Positions 60,836 to 64,000 of a stretch of 64,000 nt of DNA are shown piece after piece. The stretch lies in contig NC_083417.1 of NCBI RefSeq assembly GCF_020745735.1, positions 72,416,001-72,480,000 of the forward strand, written 5' to 3'. The position numbers and the translations under genes were made by a program. Position 1 is the first letter of the stretch. Every line of letters begins with the position of its first letter. Below the pieces are notes generated by a model that worked only from the letters and a program-made list of their open reading frames with translations, had not been told where the DNA came from and searched no databases. Source of the DNA: Hemiscyllium ocellatum. Lineage: Eukaryota.

Positions 60836-60990
60836 AAAAATCACACAACACCAGATTATAGACCAACAGGTTTAATTGGAAGTACAGGAGCTTTCGGAGC
60901 GTGCTTCCAATTAAACCTGTTGGACTATAACCTGGTGTTGTGTGATTTTTATCTTTGTACACCCCAGTCCAACACCGGCATCTCCAAATC
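60836..60990. mobile_element. Near-perfect 47-bp-arm hairpin built from PLE-3 termini
   Basis: Arms 60836-60882 and 60904-60950 (2 mismatches), 21-nt loop, then the terminal tail to 60990. Confidence 0.9.
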
Positions 60991-61844
60991 AGAGTTAATT
61001 CACAATTTCCTAAGCTGCCTTTTAAAAGTCTTCAGATTGATACTTAGTTTCTATGATTGCTTAATTGTGAACTTTTGATTGATCGGCCACAAAATACGTT
61101 AATGTCAATAGCAAATTCAAAACAATACAATTTTGATAGGTCAGATTGTTATATTTTCCTAAACAATTGAGTCTGAATGACTTTTCACAAAATAAACAGT
61201 GAACGATTATACTTTATTTAGAAGCTATATCAGATTATATTGCAATGCTAAACAATGAGGGATCAAGGATACAGCATCAGTCTACTCTGGCTGGGCAGAG
61301 TGCCCTCTACATCAAATGTATATTAAGAATAAAATTTGAAAACGAAACTACCAATTATTAACTGAAGCAAATTACCTAAGCAAAATGAACCAGCAAAATA
61401 TTAGTCGATTAGCAACTGGATCTCTTCAACTTTCTGAGTATGGATAAATCAACAAAAACACAGTAAAATCAAGAGGACAAACAGAATTAATATTACTGCC
61501 CAATAAAAGCAGAATGAAATATCAATTCAACCCAGATGACAGTGGAACATAAACAGGTTAGGGACAATTAACCAACAGAAATTTGCAAACATTTGTTGAA
61601 GCAAAGCCCATCATTTCTAGGTCAAAATGCAGTGATTGGAGAATAGGAATGAAAACATTGGTATTCCCCCATGTTATTTATACAAAGTGAAATTATAAAT
61701 ACCTGACTGCATTCAACCACAGAGAGAAAAAAACAGTCAAAAATAATTTCAATGATTAATGTGCTGAACGTTAAGCATATTTAAAGAGAGTAAGGAGATC
61801 CTTGACAGTTGGAAATAACTGAAATGCGATTTTAGTGGTAACTG

Positions 61845-62525
61845 TTGTGTTAATGTTCAAGATCCTTGAAAGTTGAGTCGCAGGTAGATAGGATAGTGAA
61901 GAAGGCGTATGCTTTCCTTGATTTGTCAGAGTACAGGTGTTGGGAGGTCATGTTGCAGCTGTACAGGTCGTTTGTTCGGACACTGTTGGAATATTGCGTG
62001 CAATTCTGGTCTACTTCCTATCGGAAAGATGTTGTGAAACTTGAAAGGGTTCAGAAAATAGTTACAAGGATGTTGCCACGGTTGGTGGATCTGAGCTACA
62101 GGGAGAGGCTGAACAGGCTGGGGCTGTTTTCCCAGGATCATCAGAGGCTGAGGGGTGACTTTATAGAGGTTTACAAAATTGTGAGGGGCATGGATAGGAT
62201 ACATAGACAAAGTCTTTTCACTGGGGTCGGGAGTCCAGAACTAGAGGGCATAGGTTTAGGGTGAGAGTGGAAAGATATAAAAGAGACCTAAGGGCAGATT
62301 TTTCACGTGGATTGTGGTGCTGTATGGAATGAGCTGCCAGAGGATGCGGTGGAGGCTGGTACAATTGCAACGTTTAAGAGTCATTTGGATGTGTACATGA
62401 ATGGGAAGGGTTTGGAGGGATATGGGCTGGGTGATGGCAGGCGGGTTGGGATATCTGGTTGGCATGGACGGGTTGGGCCGAAAGGCCTGTTTTCATGCTG
62501 TCCATCTCTATGACTTTATGACTGT
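61845..62525 (+). mobile_element. CR1/HER1 3' fragment
   Basis: LEYCVQFWSTSYRKDVVKLERVQK...RLRGDFIEVYKI, with a ctctatgactttatgact tail. Confidence 0.9.
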
Positions 62526-64000
62526 ATAAGTTGAAACGGAATCGATCCAGGCGACAGTATCTGAGGGAAGAAATTCATCCACAGTTTTGCAAAATTACGA
62601 CAGAATGATGTGAGGAAGATAACAGCTTAATATTGATAAGAAACATAAACATCTCTGTGAAACAGTCTGTGCTTCTATCTGCTAAGTGTATTTTTATTTG
62701 CCCAGTGTAGTGGCTGCTTTTCGCCACTGCATACACTGGACTTTTTTCTTGGTATTTAGGTTTCGATGATGCACCGTAGTCATTGAAGGTAAACTAGTCT
62801 GCTGTAGGTCATGCTCTGTCTTGTCTGAAAAACAGCATTGAAACTGATTTACCATTCATCTGAATCATTCTAGATGAAAATTACACAAAGCTATTTTTGA
62901 CATTATCTTGAAATCAACTCATTCTAACGAATGAATTCATTATTTATACATATGAGCTGAAATGTACCTCTGTACATAATGCGATTTCTTCCTGTTTTTA
63001 GGCATGAATCCATCCTCAGAATCTACTCGGTTAAGAGCAGAGTATGTCAGCTTATCCTCAGGCATCTCTTGTTCTTTCTAGAAAGTCAAGATTTAACATT
63101 CAATTGGTTAGTTCATTTTGGAGACAAGAGACAAGCATACATTCTTAACGCAGGCAATTTGTTTCTTGTAGTGACTTTGCTAAAACTTCATTACAATCAT
63201 GATACTTTACAGTTCCTCACTCTGAACTGTTTGTTGCCAGGAAAATCACATCTAATCACAATAAGGAAACCTTATTGTTTCAATATTATTAATATTAATA
63301 TAGTTTGAATTCAAAGTTTACAGGAAAATACTGCAATTATGCAGAGTTCATGCATCAGTTCAATTTAATTACATTTTTGAATTCTGATAGGTGACTTTCT
63401 GTTTTATTACATTCTGCTGCAGATTGAGTATGCAGTACAGTTTATTAAGTGAGGCAAAAATAAATGTGTTTGCGTTTGCTTAATAACTATGAAAAAGAAT
63501 CACAGTTCTCAATGCTTCAACATAAAATTACAAGTGACAAATACTTGAAATGAGTTAGTAAAGTCTTTCATTCGGAGGGTATATGGTGCAGTATTTAATT
63601 GAAAATTCCCTCAAATTAAATCAGTAAATCAGTTAGAGAAAAGGACAAACTGTACTTACCACTGCTAATAGAAAATTAGTTTCAGAACCACCCTGTTCCT
63701 TTATGAATAAAGGAAGGTATTCCATTCTATTTCAGTAGGCCATATAAATACAGCCATTAAAGTTTTAATTGAAAATGAAGTTGCAATGTATTTTCAAAGA
63801 AGTCGCAAGAAATTCTTGATGCCAGATAGCATGTTTAAAGTAAATTATTGATGTTTTAAGTTAGAATATGTACCATTTATTTAGGGAGGTACATGTTCGG
63901 CTTGGTGACAATGAAAAAATGTAACAAAGACAGTGTGATTTTGTTTAAAATGTAAAACATAATATTTCAGTGCTCTAAAATGTGCCTTTTGGTCTTCAGT

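Noticed and set aside
1-64000. CRISPR arrays, tRNA or rRNA genes, RAG-type V/D/J segments
   Set aside because: No regularly spaced direct repeats with unique spacers. tRNA-like A/B boxes belong to SINE heads. No RSS-flanked segments were seen.

Overview
Repeat-rich vertebrate genomic DNA, most likely shark/elasmobranch (inferred from HE1-type V-SINEs with (CTAAT)n tails, HER1/CR1 LINEs and several Penelope-like element (PLE) families). No prokaryotic features, rRNA, tRNA genes or CRISPR were found. The non-repeat content is a small cluster of non-rearranging antigen-receptor-like IgSF genes that the ORF track mostly misses because they are spliced. (1) An apparently intact 6-exon + strand gene (28029-44621, 314 aa by hand splicing): leader, V domain with a germline-fused J-like motif, C1 domain, TM, and a tail with two ITIMs. 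(2) A divergently oriented, multiply disabled paralogue on the - strand (about 6022-22311) with the same exon plan. (3) A third ITIM cassette and a candidate lysine-containing TM exon downstream (49.5-51 kb). All three ITIM exons keep the same 23-residue Tyr-Tyr spacing. Other structure: a 583-bp near-identical duplication bracketing the leader and V exons, a three-tier nested retroelement insertion that inflates intron 3, a 2.7-kb PLE palindrome with a 15-bp target-site duplication, and minimal hammerhead ribozyme motifs at the termini of at least three PLE families. Exon boundaries were read by eye from AG/GT context and phase. Repeat boundaries are approximate, and family names come from recalled motifs, not database searches.
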